Shown: positions 30,859 through 40,410 of the stretch, piece by piece
Numbering within the stretch: the stretch's first letter is position 1
Layout of the letters: each line of letters opens with the position of its first letter
Source of the DNA: an uncultured Pseudomonadales bacterium
GTDB taxonomy: Bacteria > Pseudomonadota > Gammaproteobacteria > Pseudomonadales > UBA7434
DNA: 64,000 nt
Reading direction: 5' to 3'
Assembly (NCBI GenBank): GCA_905478995.1
Contig: CAJQKT010000086.1
Location: 3,284-67,283 of the forward strand
Translations under genes and position numbers: made by a program
Notes under the pieces: generated by a model
Databases searched by the model: none
What the model saw: the letters and a program-made list of their open reading frames with translations, nothing else
What the model was told of the DNA's origin: nothing

Positions 30859-31599
30859 TTACGGGCGAAATGGCGCGAGAATTTTTGCCACGCGCTGCGC
30901 CAATACTAGCGCAGATGCAGTATCTCCATGGATGCAAAGAGTATCAACCGGAAGCGATATTAGTTGTTGGTCGATAGTGGTTACCTGCCCATACTTCGCC
31001 AGTTGTGTAGCCTGGGCACAGGCTTGATCGATATCTTCTATGCATGCGCCGGGTTCATGTCTTGGTGTAAGATTGCCACAAGCCATATACCTTCTGTCAA
31101 TAAAAACTTCTGCATAAACTGCCATGCCATGCGCTTGTGCTATCTCGAGCAGAGTGCTGCCGGCCAAACCAATAATAGTTAGCTGCTTATTTTGCGTTAA
31201 GCAAAATTCTACAAAGCGTGTGCTCAAAGCGGCATCGTTGGCACAGTCATTATATAGCGCGCCGTGGGGCTTAATATACCGTAGCGTCTGGCCATGAGTA
31301 AGTAATGCATTTTGAATGCGGAGCAGCTGCAACTCTAATGTATCAAGCAGCGCGTCGTGATCCATCGTTAATGATAAGCGGCCAAAGTTTTTGCGGTCGG
31401 GGTAACCTGGATGTGCACACACGGCTACGCCTGCATTAACAGCCATGGCGACGGTGCGTTGCACCGTGGATAAATTACCTGCGTGTTCGCCGCAGGCAAT
31501 ATTGGCAATGTCGATGAGCGGCATAATATCCGCATCGTAGGCAAAGCCCTCACCGAGATCGGCGTTTAATAAAAGTGGCTTCATGTTATTTTTTTGCAT
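30859..31599 (-). CDS. pxpA: 5-oxoprolinase subunit A (LamB/YcsF)
   Basis: NADLGE, ANIACGEHAG, AHPGYPD, KPHGALYN, CIHGD. Confidence 0.93.
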   Translation of the reverse strand: MQKNNMKPLLLNADLGEGFAYDADIMPLIDIANIACGEHAGNLSTVQRTVAMAVNAGVAVCAHPGYPDRKNFGRLSLTMDHDALLDTLELQLLRIQNALLTHGQTLRYIKPHGALYNDCANDAALSTRFVEFCLTQNKQLTIIGLAGSTLLEIAQAHGMAVYAEVFIDRRYMACGNLTPRHEPGACIEDIDQACAQATQLAKYGQVTTIDQQLISLPVDTLCIHGDTASALVLAQRVAKILAPFRP

Positions 31600-31673
31600 G
31601 TTTTAACCGGCTTGACCATGCGGGTAAGCAGCGCATGATTGTCTTTTGCCTGTGCGCTGCGTTGCCCCCTTTA

Positions 31674-32729
31674 TCAGGCATTATGTGTGCTTATTGCAGG
31701 GTCATGCAAGATCGCGCGTTGCGCTCGGTAAATCAATGCGCGTTGTTTTTTTAAAGCTTGCCATGCCTCGGCGCGAGTGCAGCGCTTAAACGTAATGCGC
31801 GCATGGCTTGGCAACTGGGCTAACTGCCATAAGTCGGCCTGGATTACACAGGCTATGCGGGGATAGCCACCGGTGGTTTGTGCATCGGCCAGCAGCACAA
31901 TGGGCTCGCCGTTTGCAGGAAGCTGCACGGTGCCGGGTACTATCGCATGCGAATTGAGCATGGCATTGTTATTGTCGGAATCAATTGCCAGGGCATCATC
32001 ATTATTAAGGTTGGTTTCTTTGGTATTTCGATGAAGGCGGCAGCCCATTCGATTACTCGCCGGCGATATTTGCCACGGTTGCTGCCAAAAAACATCGCAC
32101 GTGCTCGCGCTAAACGTATCTTCTTCTGGGCCGGGTAGGGCGCGCAGCACCGCACTTGGCGGTGGTTGATGAATACCTGTTAGTGTATGCACGTTGCCAT
32201 AACGCTGTTGAAGGAAGGCTTGTTGCTGGCGGCTCGGTGTAAGCAGCGCCAAGGTATCGCCGCTCTGTAAGGTGCGCCCATGAAAGCCGCCAAACTGCGC
32301 GCCCAGGTCGGTCGATTTAGAACCCAGTAGCACTGGTACATCAAAGCCTCCGGCAACGGCGAGGTAGGCTGTGCCAGTATCGGCGCAAGGTATTATGCTC
32401 AGGCGTTGGCCTTTGTGCAGTTGTATGGGCCAACCCGCATGAATAGGCTCGTTTATATAATGGTTTGACTGGGTATCGCATGGACTTAGCGTTAGTGTGA
32501 GCTGCTGGCCTGTCACACAAACCCAGCAGTTGGCTAGACATTCAATTTCAAATGCACCCTGCATAATTTCGAGGCAGGCTTCGGTCTCCGCATTTTGCAG
32601 TGCGCAGTTCGCAAGCGCCGCGGCATTACAATCCAAGACCCCCGCCCTGCATACGCCGAACTGGGCAACATGTTGGCGCCCGCCGTCCTGAATCGAGCTG
32701 CAAAGCCCTGCGCGGATAACCTTAAGCAT
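31674..32729 (-). CDS. pxpC: 5-oxoprolinase subunit C
   Basis: IQDGGR, YLAVAGG, LGSKSTD, SNRMG, DAQTTGGYPRI; ATG at 32729 overlaps the pxpB stop. Confidence 0.92.
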   Translation of the reverse strand: MLKVIRAGLCSSIQDGGRQHVAQFGVCRAGVLDCNAAALANCALQNAETEACLEIMQGAFEIECLANCWVCVTGQQLTLTLSPCDTQSNHYINEPIHAGWPIQLHKGQRLSIIPCADTGTAYLAVAGGFDVPVLLGSKSTDLGAQFGGFHGRTLQSGDTLALLTPSRQQQAFLQQRYGNVHTLTGIHQPPPSAVLRALPGPEEDTFSASTCDVFWQQPWQISPASNRMGCRLHRNTKETNLNNDDALAIDSDNNNAMLNSHAIVPGTVQLPANGEPIVLLADAQTTGGYPRIACVIQADLWQLAQLPSHARITFKRCTRAEAWQALKKQRALIYRAQRAILHDPAISTHNA

Positions 32730-33513
32730 TTGCCCACACAAAATTAACGAGGTCGCCGGTGGAAAGCAAACTTGGCTGCTCTCGCTTTGCGTCAAATAGC
32801 GATGGCTGCGTCTCCATAATGTAACGACCAATAATGTGCCAGCCGCCGGGTGAATCGGCAGGATAAATGCCGGTTTGCCTGCCGCCAATGGCCACTGAAT
32901 TGGCGGGAATACGCTGTCGGGGTTGGGCTAGGCGCGGTGTATGCAATACAGGGTCGAGGCCATCTAAATAGGCAAAACCTGGTTGAAAGCCGACAAACGC
33001 GACTGTATATATCGAAGCAGAATGACGCTTGATAACTTCCTCAACATCAAGCCCATGCATGTGAGCCACAGCCTTTAAGTCTGGGCCGTACTCACCGCCA
33101 TAAGCCACCGCTAGCCGATGTGTACGGGCACCTGTAAATGGGTTTGCGGTCGAGGGGTTTTCTTGATTTAGGTCTTGCCAGCACTGGCTAAGCTTTCTGA
33201 TCCAAGCACTGAAAGGTTCACTCAGAGGATCAAAGATAATGGTCATATTATGATTGGCCGGCACAATGTCACGTATGCTTGGATGTTCTGCCCATCGTTG
33301 TTGGAATAGATGGGTTAGCGCCCAAATGCATTGCTGCTTTGCTGGTGCTAAGCGTTCGTTGGACTTTTCTAGTTCCAGTACAATAGCCGTCTCGCCATAG
33401 GTATAAATACGCGCTCCGGCAAGCTGAAGTCCGTGTTGGAGTGACTCTTGGTCGAGCGGCCCCGAAGAAGGATCGCTAATTTTTGGGTGCGATTTTTGAG
33501 GAGTTGTTGTCAT
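32722..33513 (-). CDS. pxpB: 5-oxoprolinase subunit B
   Basis: YGGEYGPDL, GFQPGFAYL, TGIYPADSPGGWHIIGR. Confidence 0.93.
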   Translation of the reverse strand: MTTTPQKSHPKISDPSSGPLDQESLQHGLQLAGARIYTYGETAIVLELEKSNERLAPAKQQCIWALTHLFQQRWAEHPSIRDIVPANHNMTIIFDPLSEPFSAWIRKLSQCWQDLNQENPSTANPFTGARTHRLAVAYGGEYGPDLKAVAHMHGLDVEEVIKRHSASIYTVAFVGFQPGFAYLDGLDPVLHTPRLAQPRQRIPANSVAIGGRQTGIYPADSPGGWHIIGRYIMETQPSLFDAKREQPSLLSTGDLVNFVWANA

Positions 33514-33710
33514 ACACTGTTCTTGTCTATCGCAGATGCCGCTTGATGAGCGCTTGGCAATACCACCTCATTTTTATGTCGGTTCAAGCCTGCTTGTCAT
33601 TATTTCAATAGGGCTAGTTTACATCAAATGGTATGCTAATAAGACGCTGTATCAGTATTTAGCGCTGTGCTTTGAGCACATCGATTAACAAAGAGCTATG
33701 AAACAAATCA

Positions 33711-34442
33711 ATGACCGAGCAATCAACCGATAAATTATTTGCCCATCCCTTAGGTGTTGTCCCTGATTTTACTTTTGATGAGGCGGTGGCGGCAGTCTTC
33801 CCCGATATGATCGTGCGTTCGGTACCCGGTTACAGCACGGTCGTGGCTATAACTGGTCTGTTGGCGCAGCAGTTCTCACAGCCGGGTTCGCAGCTTTATG
33901 ATTTGGGTTGTTCATTAGGCGCAAGTAGTTTTTCCATGGCTAAGCATGCAGCGGCGAACTGTCATCTCTTGGCGGTGGATAATTCGCCGCAAATGCTGGC
34001 AGGTTTGAAGAAAATTTTGCAGCAGCATAAACCCAACACACCCATTGAGTTGGTCTGCGATGACCTTGCCGATATATCTATCGAGCGTGCATCAGTGGTC
34101 GCTATGAATTACACATTGCAGTTTGTTGAACTGGCACAACGCGATGCACTTATTGAAAAAATCTATGCGGGCATGCTGCCCGAAGGTGTCTTTGTTCTTT
34201 CCGAAAAAGTCGCCTTTTCCTCAACACAGGTCGATGAATTATTTATTGATTTACATCATCGTTTTAAGCATGCCAATGGTTATACGGAGCTTGAAGTCAG
34301 TCAAAAGCGCGAAGCTATCGAACATGTATTGGTACCTGAGTCGATTGAGCAGCATAAGTCCCGATTGTTACGGGCAGGATTTCAGCGTGTAGAAGTTTGG
34401 TTTCAATGTTTTAATTTTGCATCATTTATTGCGGTAAAGTAG
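33711..34442 (+). CDS. cmoA: Carboxy-SAM synthase CmoA
   Basis: FPDMIVRSVPGY, YDLGCSLG, NYTLQF, ANGYTELEVSQKR, WFQCFNF. Confidence 0.97.
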   Translation: MTEQSTDKLFAHPLGVVPDFTFDEAVAAVFPDMIVRSVPGYSTVVAITGLLAQQFSQPGSQLYDLGCSLGASSFSMAKHAAANCHLLAVDNSPQMLAGLKKILQQHKPNTPIELVCDDLADISIERASVVAMNYTLQFVELAQRDALIEKIYAGMLPEGVFVLSEKVAFSSTQVDELFIDLHHRFKHANGYTELEVSQKREAIEHVLVPESIEQHKSRLLRAGFQRVEVWFQCFNFASFIAVK

Positions 34443-34470
34443 ATGAGGTTTTTTTCGAGGTGCGGCACTT

Positions 34471-35448
34471 ATGGGTCTTTTTGATTATGAGCCGCTGGTC
34501 GCTCGGCTGCAAGATTTTGAGCTTTCGGCCTTGGCCGCAACGCTGCCTAAATTATTAGATCAAGGCCTTGATGAGGCTCGTTATGGCGACATTCCTCGCT
34601 GGCGAAATGCACTTGCTTCATTGCCGGATATTTCGATAAGCAATAATGATTTAAATGCAGCATTTGTGCGTGCGGGATTGGCCTTGGATGTTAGCGCCAG
34701 TACGAAATTCCAATTAGAGATGGCTCTGCATGGTTTGCACCCATGGCGAAAAGGCCCATTCGATATTGCCGGCGTCTCCATTGATACCGAATGGCGCTCT
34801 GATTATAAATGGGATCGCCTAATCGGCACGATAGATTCGTTAGAAGGGCGGCGAGTTCTCGATGTGGGTTGTGGCAATGGCTATCACTGCTGGAGAATGG
34901 CTGGCGAGAAGGCGGCTCTGGTTGTTGGTATTGATCCCACTCCTTTATTTGTTATGCAATTCTGGGCGTTGCAAAAGTATTTGCAGAATCCATCGGTTTG
35001 GGTGGTTCCAGCTCGCTGTGAAGACTTGCCCGAAAAGTTACAGGCCTTTGATACCGTTTTTTCTATGGGGGTTCTGTATCATCGGCGTTCGCCCTTCGAT
35101 CATTTGATGGAGTTGCGTGGTGCCTTGGCTGTTGATGGCCAGTTGGTGCTAGAAACCTTGGTGATTGATGGTGCCGATGGTGAAGTACTCGTGCCCGAGG
35201 GTCGTTATAGCAAAATGGGCAATGTTTGGTTTATCCCGTCGGTACTGACGTTGTGTAGCTGGCTGCGAAAAATGAAATTTCGCGATATTCAGATAATCGA
35301 TGTATCGATGACCTCAACCGCCGAGCAGCGAGCAACCGCCTGGATGACTTTTCACTCGTTAAGTGATTTTCTTGACCCAGATGATGCGCGCAAAACAATC
35401 GAAGGGTATCCTGCTCCCCAGCGAGCAGTGGTGACGGCACGGTTGTAG
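34471..35448 (+). CDS. cmoB: tRNA U34 carboxymethyltransferase CmoB
   Basis: PWRKGPF, IDTEWRSDYKW, DVGCGNGY, MGVLYH, TIEGYPAP. Confidence 0.97.
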   Translation: MGLFDYEPLVARLQDFELSALAATLPKLLDQGLDEARYGDIPRWRNALASLPDISISNNDLNAAFVRAGLALDVSASTKFQLEMALHGLHPWRKGPFDIAGVSIDTEWRSDYKWDRLIGTIDSLEGRRVLDVGCGNGYHCWRMAGEKAALVVGIDPTPLFVMQFWALQKYLQNPSVWVVPARCEDLPEKLQAFDTVFSMGVLYHRRSPFDHLMELRGALAVDGQLVLETLVIDGADGEVLVPEGRYSKMGNVWFIPSVLTLCSWLRKMKFRDIQIIDVSMTSTAEQRATAWMTFHSLSDFLDPDDARKTIEGYPAPQRAVVTARL

Positions 35449-35560
35449 CTGCGTGCCTCAGTAGTTGTTTCGCGATTGAGCACTTCGGTGACTCAGCCGT
35501 TGCGCACGACACTGATTGGGTTGGCGCAAGTTAATAAACCAATAAGATGCAGGCTTATCT

Positions 35561-35746
35561 ATGGGCGATGTTGTAACCGGTCAATTTGGCAAGAAGCCCA
35601 AGGCGCCCAAAAGATCCTCACTGTGTCAGCATGGGCACCACAGCTGGAAGGTCGACAAAGCCAGCCAATTCGATGTGAAGTCGGGCAAGCTCGTGACGGC
35701 ATACCTGTGCGCTCGCTGCGGTGCGAAAAAAACAGGGCTGAGCTAG
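35561..35746 (+). CDS. Small basic putative zinc-ribbon protein
   Basis: 61 aa with LCQHGHHSW and CARC; I recall similar small gammaproteobacterial hypotheticals (FDVKxGKLVT). Confidence 0.7.
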   Translation: MGDVVTGQFGKKPKAPKRSSLCQHGHHSWKVDKASQFDVKSGKLVTAYLCARCGAKKTGLS

Positions 35747-36092
35747 CGTCGGCCTGCGCCTAACTTAATGGTTGAGATGTCAGCAGCGGGTAGGCGGCAA
35801 GATGGCAGCGATTAGCTGAGTTTGCTTGGCCTGAGGGTATGGGCAGAAAATGAGCGGGGTGAGTCAGTAAGTGCTAAAGTAGTAGTGCTCAGCCGATGTG
35901 AGGTGGTGATAGTTGGTGTAGATATGTTCTATTCATGCCGCATAATAGTTGAGAGCCGTGGCAGTGTTGAAGACATTATTCGCGGATACGATAAGCTTTG
36001 AGCCGCTCAGTCGGTTTTGTATGGCCATCGTTCAAGCAGTAGGATGGTTTTTAGTTGGGTAGTTTTTGCACTAATTGGCGAGGCTCCGGACA

Positions 36093-36626
36093 ATGCAGAT
36101 CCATTATTGCTACACAAGTACTCCTGTTGGCGACCTGATGTTGGTGGGCGACGCCACCGGGCTTAAGTACATCAATTTCCAGCAGGGCCCAGAGCCCATG
36201 CTCCCAGAAAGCGAATGGCGCAAAGATGCCGCCTATTTCGTTAATGCTATTGTTCAGTTAAAGGAATACTTTGCCGGCACGCGAACTCGTTTTGCGCTGC
36301 GCTTGAATCCGGTGGGGACCGACTTTCAGCGGCAGGTATTACAGATTGTGGCGCGAATTCCCTATGGCCAAACGGCCAGTTATGCGGATATTGCCAGGGT
36401 ATTAAAGAAGCCTCGCGCAGTGCGGGCAGTAGGCGGAGCTAACCGTAAAAATCCTCTACCGATTGTCGTGCCCTGTCATCGTGTTATTGGCAGCGACGGC
36501 AAGCTAACCGGATTTAATGGAGGTTTGGAGCGCAAGGAGTGGCTGTTGGCCCTAGAAAATGGCGAATTGCCTGAAGATACTGCCGATAGCACGCTAGCCG
36601 ACGCAGCTCAGCCAGTGTTGGTTTGA
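36093..36626 (+). CDS. ogt: Methylated-DNA--protein-cysteine methyltransferase
   Basis: GTDFQ, IPYG, RAVG, PCHRV active site. Confidence 0.92.
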   Translation: MQIHYCYTSTPVGDLMLVGDATGLKYINFQQGPEPMLPESEWRKDAAYFVNAIVQLKEYFAGTRTRFALRLNPVGTDFQRQVLQIVARIPYGQTASYADIARVLKKPRAVRAVGGANRKNPLPIVVPCHRVIGSDGKLTGFNGGLERKEWLLALENGELPEDTADSTLADAAQPVLV

Positions 36627-36717
36627 TTTTTCTGAGCTTGCTTCCGCGATTCAATGGCTGCTCGAAAGAGAGTCTGGCAGGCGCGAGGCTCTCAATGTCT
36701 TTAGGCATGCTTGCGGC

Positions 36718-37134
36718 TTAGTCTTTTACTACCAAAGTCACGCCAATACCGTCTTTAGCTTGAGCGGCAGCGTCGGCCACTGCCGAATACACGTTGGCTT
36801 TTGCCTCACGGTGGGCGTCAATAATAACCATCCCCTTTGGATTTTCTGCGAGTTTTCGCTGAATTACCGAGCGTATTGAGCGAATATCAACGCGACGACC
36901 ATCAACTTCAATATCGCTAGCGGCGGTAATGGCAATCAAAACGTTTTGATTTTCAGTTGGAATATTAACTTCAGGCGCATTAGCATCGGGCCGGTTAATT
37001 TCTAGCCCAAATTCTTTGACGAATGATGCAGTCACTATGAAGAAGATGAGCATGATGAACACCACATCGAGCATGGGTGTTAAGTCAATTTCAGAATCGT
37101 CGTCTTGTCCAGCTGCATGACGGGTGCGCGTCAT
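36718..37134 (-). CDS. exbD: Biopolymer transporter ExbD
   Basis: IDLTPMLDVVFIMLIFFIVTASF. Confidence 0.92.
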   Translation of the reverse strand: MTRTRHAAGQDDDSEIDLTPMLDVVFIMLIFFIVTASFVKEFGLEINRPDANAPEVNIPTENQNVLIAITAASDIEVDGRRVDIRSIRSVIQRKLAENPKGMVIIDAHREAKANVYSAVADAAAQAKDGIGVTLVVKD

Positions 37135-37310
37135 AGGGTGTGCTCCACTAATAACTAATGAGGTTGCGATGAAAATGTTGCAATCATTATCGAGCAGGCA
37201 TCTTAGCGATTTTTTACACGCAGTGAAAGTGTTTTAAACCCTTGCTGATTGGCAGTTATTGCCGATGCGGCAATTCCTGCGGTAGCCGTTGCAAAAAATG
37301 ACTGCGGCAC

Positions 37311-37922
37311 TCATTGATAACGTTGGCTTTCTATATAGGCATCGATATTGTTTAAAGCGCGTTGAAAAAGCACTTGAACATCGACTTTTGCACCCACAGA
37401 TGCCCGCCTTGATATGAGCGTAATAGGGAAGACGTAGTAATCTTCGTGCGTCAGCTGTAATGCGCGTGAGGCCCCCTCAGGATCGATATAACGAACCCAC
37501 TTCAAGTAGCGCTCTTGGCGTAAGACTTCACCGAGCGCGACCCCCATGCCCTGCAAAGTCTGCAGATCGTCGCTGTCAACGCGTTGCTCATCGAGCAAGC
37601 GTTGTAGGTAGCTCAGGTCAAGCTGAGTGTCGCCGCTGAGATAGACGCCGAAATGGCGACTCAGTAGATTATCGACCCTTTGCAAGCCTTGAGAAATGTA
37701 GTCGCGGTCTATCTCGCGAAAGGGCTTAACAAGATACTGTTCTTCGGCGGCTGTTGCGACGGGTAGCGCTGAGCATAAAAATGCTGTGATTAGCACTAAA
37801 AGTTGCCGCGTTGCGAAGGTGATACTAGAGGCATCGTCGCTCACCTTAAATAGGCAGGGCATCGCTCGCTTGTAGGCAGGGTTGTGGTTGCTCATCAGTT
37901 CATTCACTCGTGATCGCTGCAA
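37311..37922 (-). CDS. DUF3806-like exported protein
   Basis: Signal-like segment ending ATA|AE; LQGMGVALGE...W...D...VFP...ISRR pattern; start uncertain. Confidence 0.65.
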   Translation of the reverse strand: MQRSRVNELMSNHNPAYKRAMPCLFKVSDDASSITFATRQLLVLITAFLCSALPVATAAEEQYLVKPFREIDRDYISQGLQRVDNLLSRHFGVYLSGDTQLDLSYLQRLLDEQRVDSDDLQTLQGMGVALGEVLRQERYLKWVRYIDPEGASRALQLTHEDYYVFPITLISRRASVGAKVDVQVLFQRALNNIDAYIESQRYQ

Positions 37923-38317
37923 AGGGTGGCCTCATTTCTGCACTGTTACAACTTGTGCTGAGTGAGGCGCATTAAGTACTATAACCGGCTAATATTGGAT
38001 GCTTTGAATAGACTGGGGTTTGTCGGCACGCTGCCGAGCAAACCATAATGGTTTACCTCAACAAATCTGCAAATTAGGTGTGTTGAGATGGTATGCCCAC
38101 AAAAACGGTCATGCAATAGCAGAATAAAGATCAATAGCGTATTCCAGCGTAGCTCCCGCATGGTTCCAGTATCGTTTTGGCACTTTATGTGGCTATCGAT
38201 GTTAATACAGTGCAGGTTGGGCGAGCTGACGAAGTGCTGAGCAGTGAGCGCATTTAAGAAATTTTGAGGCAAAGACAGATGGCTATAGCGAGCGTTACAC
38301 CGGCTAGGCAAGTGCCG

Positions 38318-39244
38318 ATGAAAGGTATCCCTGAAATAATGGGCAGCATTGTCGCGCTAGTTACACCAATGACTCCACAGGGGGCAGTTGACTATGTTGC
38401 GTTAACTCAATTGGTGCAGTGGCATATTGACGCGGGTACTAATGGCATTGTTGCTGTTGGCACTACGGGCGAGTCGGCGACGCTCAACGTTGATGAGCAT
38501 TGTGAAGTGATCGCCTGCGTTATCAAGGCGGCCGGCGGACAAGTGCCTATTATTGCAGGCACTGGGGCAAACTCTACCTCTGAAGCTATTGAACTGACGA
38601 GCGTGGCGAAGCGCATTGGAGCTGATGCCTGTTTGTCAGTCACACCTTATTACAATAAGCCAACGCAGCGCGGCTTGTATTTGCATCACAAAGCTATTGC
38701 CGAGGCCGTGGATATTCCTAATATTCTTTACAATGTGCCAGGGCGTACGGCGGTCGACATGTTGCCGGACACCACGGCGCAGCTTGCACAAGTTGATAAT
38801 ATTGTTGGTATTAAAGACGCTACCGGTGACGTGCAGCGAGGCATCGAATTGCTGGATTGCTGTGGTCAGCACATTGCTGTGTATTCTGGTGATGATGAAA
38901 CAGCTATTGAGCTAATTTTGCAAGGTGGCGCGGGCAATATATCGGTAACCGCAAATGTTGTGCCCGAAAAAATTGCCACGCTGTGTAAGCTCGCTCGTGC
39001 AGCGCAGCAAGGCTCTAGCGCTGATCAGCAGCAGGTTAGGGACATGGATAAAGCGCTCGCATCGCTGCACGCGGCAATGTTTGTTGAGGCCAACCCCATA
39101 CCCGTTAAGTGGGCTTTGCAGCAGATGGGTTTGATTGGTAGTGGTATTCGCCTGCCGTTAACTGAGTTGTCTCAGGAGTATCGTCAGCAGCTAGAGCGTG
39201 AGCTTATTGCTGTTGGTGCTTTGCAAGGAGCAGACATAACATGA
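38318..39244 (+). CDS. dapA: 4-hydroxy-tetrahydrodipicolinate synthase
   Basis: GTTGES, PYYNKP, YNVPGRT, GIKDATG, SGDD, NPIPVKWA. Confidence 0.97.
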   Translation: MKGIPEIMGSIVALVTPMTPQGAVDYVALTQLVQWHIDAGTNGIVAVGTTGESATLNVDEHCEVIACVIKAAGGQVPIIAGTGANSTSEAIELTSVAKRIGADACLSVTPYYNKPTQRGLYLHHKAIAEAVDIPNILYNVPGRTAVDMLPDTTAQLAQVDNIVGIKDATGDVQRGIELLDCCGQHIAVYSGDDETAIELILQGGAGNISVTANVVPEKIATLCKLARAAQQGSSADQQQVRDMDKALASLHAAMFVEANPIPVKWALQQMGLIGSGIRLPLTELSQEYRQQLERELIAVGALQGADIT

Positions 39245-40401
39245 GTTTGTGTAATCAAGCATGTGGCTTGCTCAGAGCGTTGGTTATCGGTGCGCTGTTA
39301 TTATTCTTGGGCGGTTGTGAAACGCTATTTGGTGATGAGGGTTTTTTTCCTGATGCGTCCAATGATTATTTAGATGCGACTATCGATCCTGCCTTGCGGC
39401 TGCCTGATGGCAAGGTGGCGAGTCCGTCCGATGATGCTTATCCAATTCCTGAACTGAAGTACGCCAAGGTGTTGCCAGAGTCGTATGAGGTTCCAAGGGT
39501 GACGCGGCTCGATGAAGTTGAGGGTAGGGGTAGTGTGCGTATCCAGCGCTTCCAAGATGATGAATGGATTTTAACGAAGCGCTCGCCTAGTCAAACATGG
39601 CCCTTATTGCTGGGATTTTTACAGTCTAACCAAATACCACTGCTGCGTGCTGATGCTCAAGCAGGCGTGATAAAAACTGATTTGTTAGTCGTTAATCGCG
39701 ATAAAACGGCTGTAGTTTCTTCGCTCGATAAGGTTACCGCTAAAGGGGCAGCCAAGGCGCGCAGTCAGGCAGCAGGAATCGGTGATTTGCCTAAAGAAAG
39801 CTATGAGTTTGTTCTCAAAGCGGGGGTGCAAAAAAACTCCACCGAAATTTGGGTGACTCATGAGGCAGCCGTGGCTGATGATGTGGTGACGGACTTACAA
39901 GATATAACTGAAATAAGTGCAGAGCGCCGCGCAAATATGGTGTCACTGCTGGCCAAGCATTTGGCCGGTTCGCCCGAACAAAGCTCTCATTCGCTGTTGG
40001 CGCAGGGCCTTGGGTCTGCAAGTAAAGTCAGGCTGCAATACGGCGATGGTGGCGAACCTGAATTGTGGCTGGTATTGCCGTTCGACCGCGGCTGGGCCTC
40101 GCTAAGCCTAGCTCTCAAAAAATCCTCGTTTGTTGTGGCAGATATAGACAGAAGCAAGGGCGTATACTTTGCAGAGTATGTCGATCCTTCTAGCAAGGAT
40201 GAAAAGCCAGGTTTTTTTGCCGGGCTGTTAGGTGGGAAAAATAATGAACAGACAGTGAGTTCTGAGCAGGCCTCTTTATTGATTACAGTAGTCGAGGGCG
40301 AGGATGCGCTGCGAATTAAAGTGCAAAATCGCCAACCTCCTTTGCTCGAGGCTAATGAGCAGGCTTTTTTATTGCGCAAAATTTTAAATAAGTTGAGCTG
40401 A
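39241..40401 (+). CDS. bamC: Outer membrane assembly lipoprotein BamC
   Basis: Lipobox LGGC, DIDRSKG motif; overlaps the dapA stop. Confidence 0.85.
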   Translation: MSLCNQACGLLRALVIGALLLFLGGCETLFGDEGFFPDASNDYLDATIDPALRLPDGKVASPSDDAYPIPELKYAKVLPESYEVPRVTRLDEVEGRGSVRIQRFQDDEWILTKRSPSQTWPLLLGFLQSNQIPLLRADAQAGVIKTDLLVVNRDKTAVVSSLDKVTAKGAAKARSQAAGIGDLPKESYEFVLKAGVQKNSTEIWVTHEAAVADDVVTDLQDITEISAERRANMVSLLAKHLAGSPEQSSHSLLAQGLGSASKVRLQYGDGGEPELWLVLPFDRGWASLSLALKKSSFVVADIDRSKGVYFAEYVDPSSKDEKPGFFAGLLGGKNNEQTVSSEQASLLITVVEGEDALRIKVQNRQPPLLEANEQAFLLRKILNKLS

Positions 40402-40410
40402 TAACGATTA

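Noticed and set aside
35476-35763. 95-aa ORF overlapping the small zinc-ribbon ORF
   Set aside because: TTG start and no recognisable motifs; the 61-aa frame is the better candidate
37979-38311. 110-aa ORF or pseudogene in the spacer before dapA
   Set aside because: No family motifs, and no resemblance to the gcvR/bcp genes often found there
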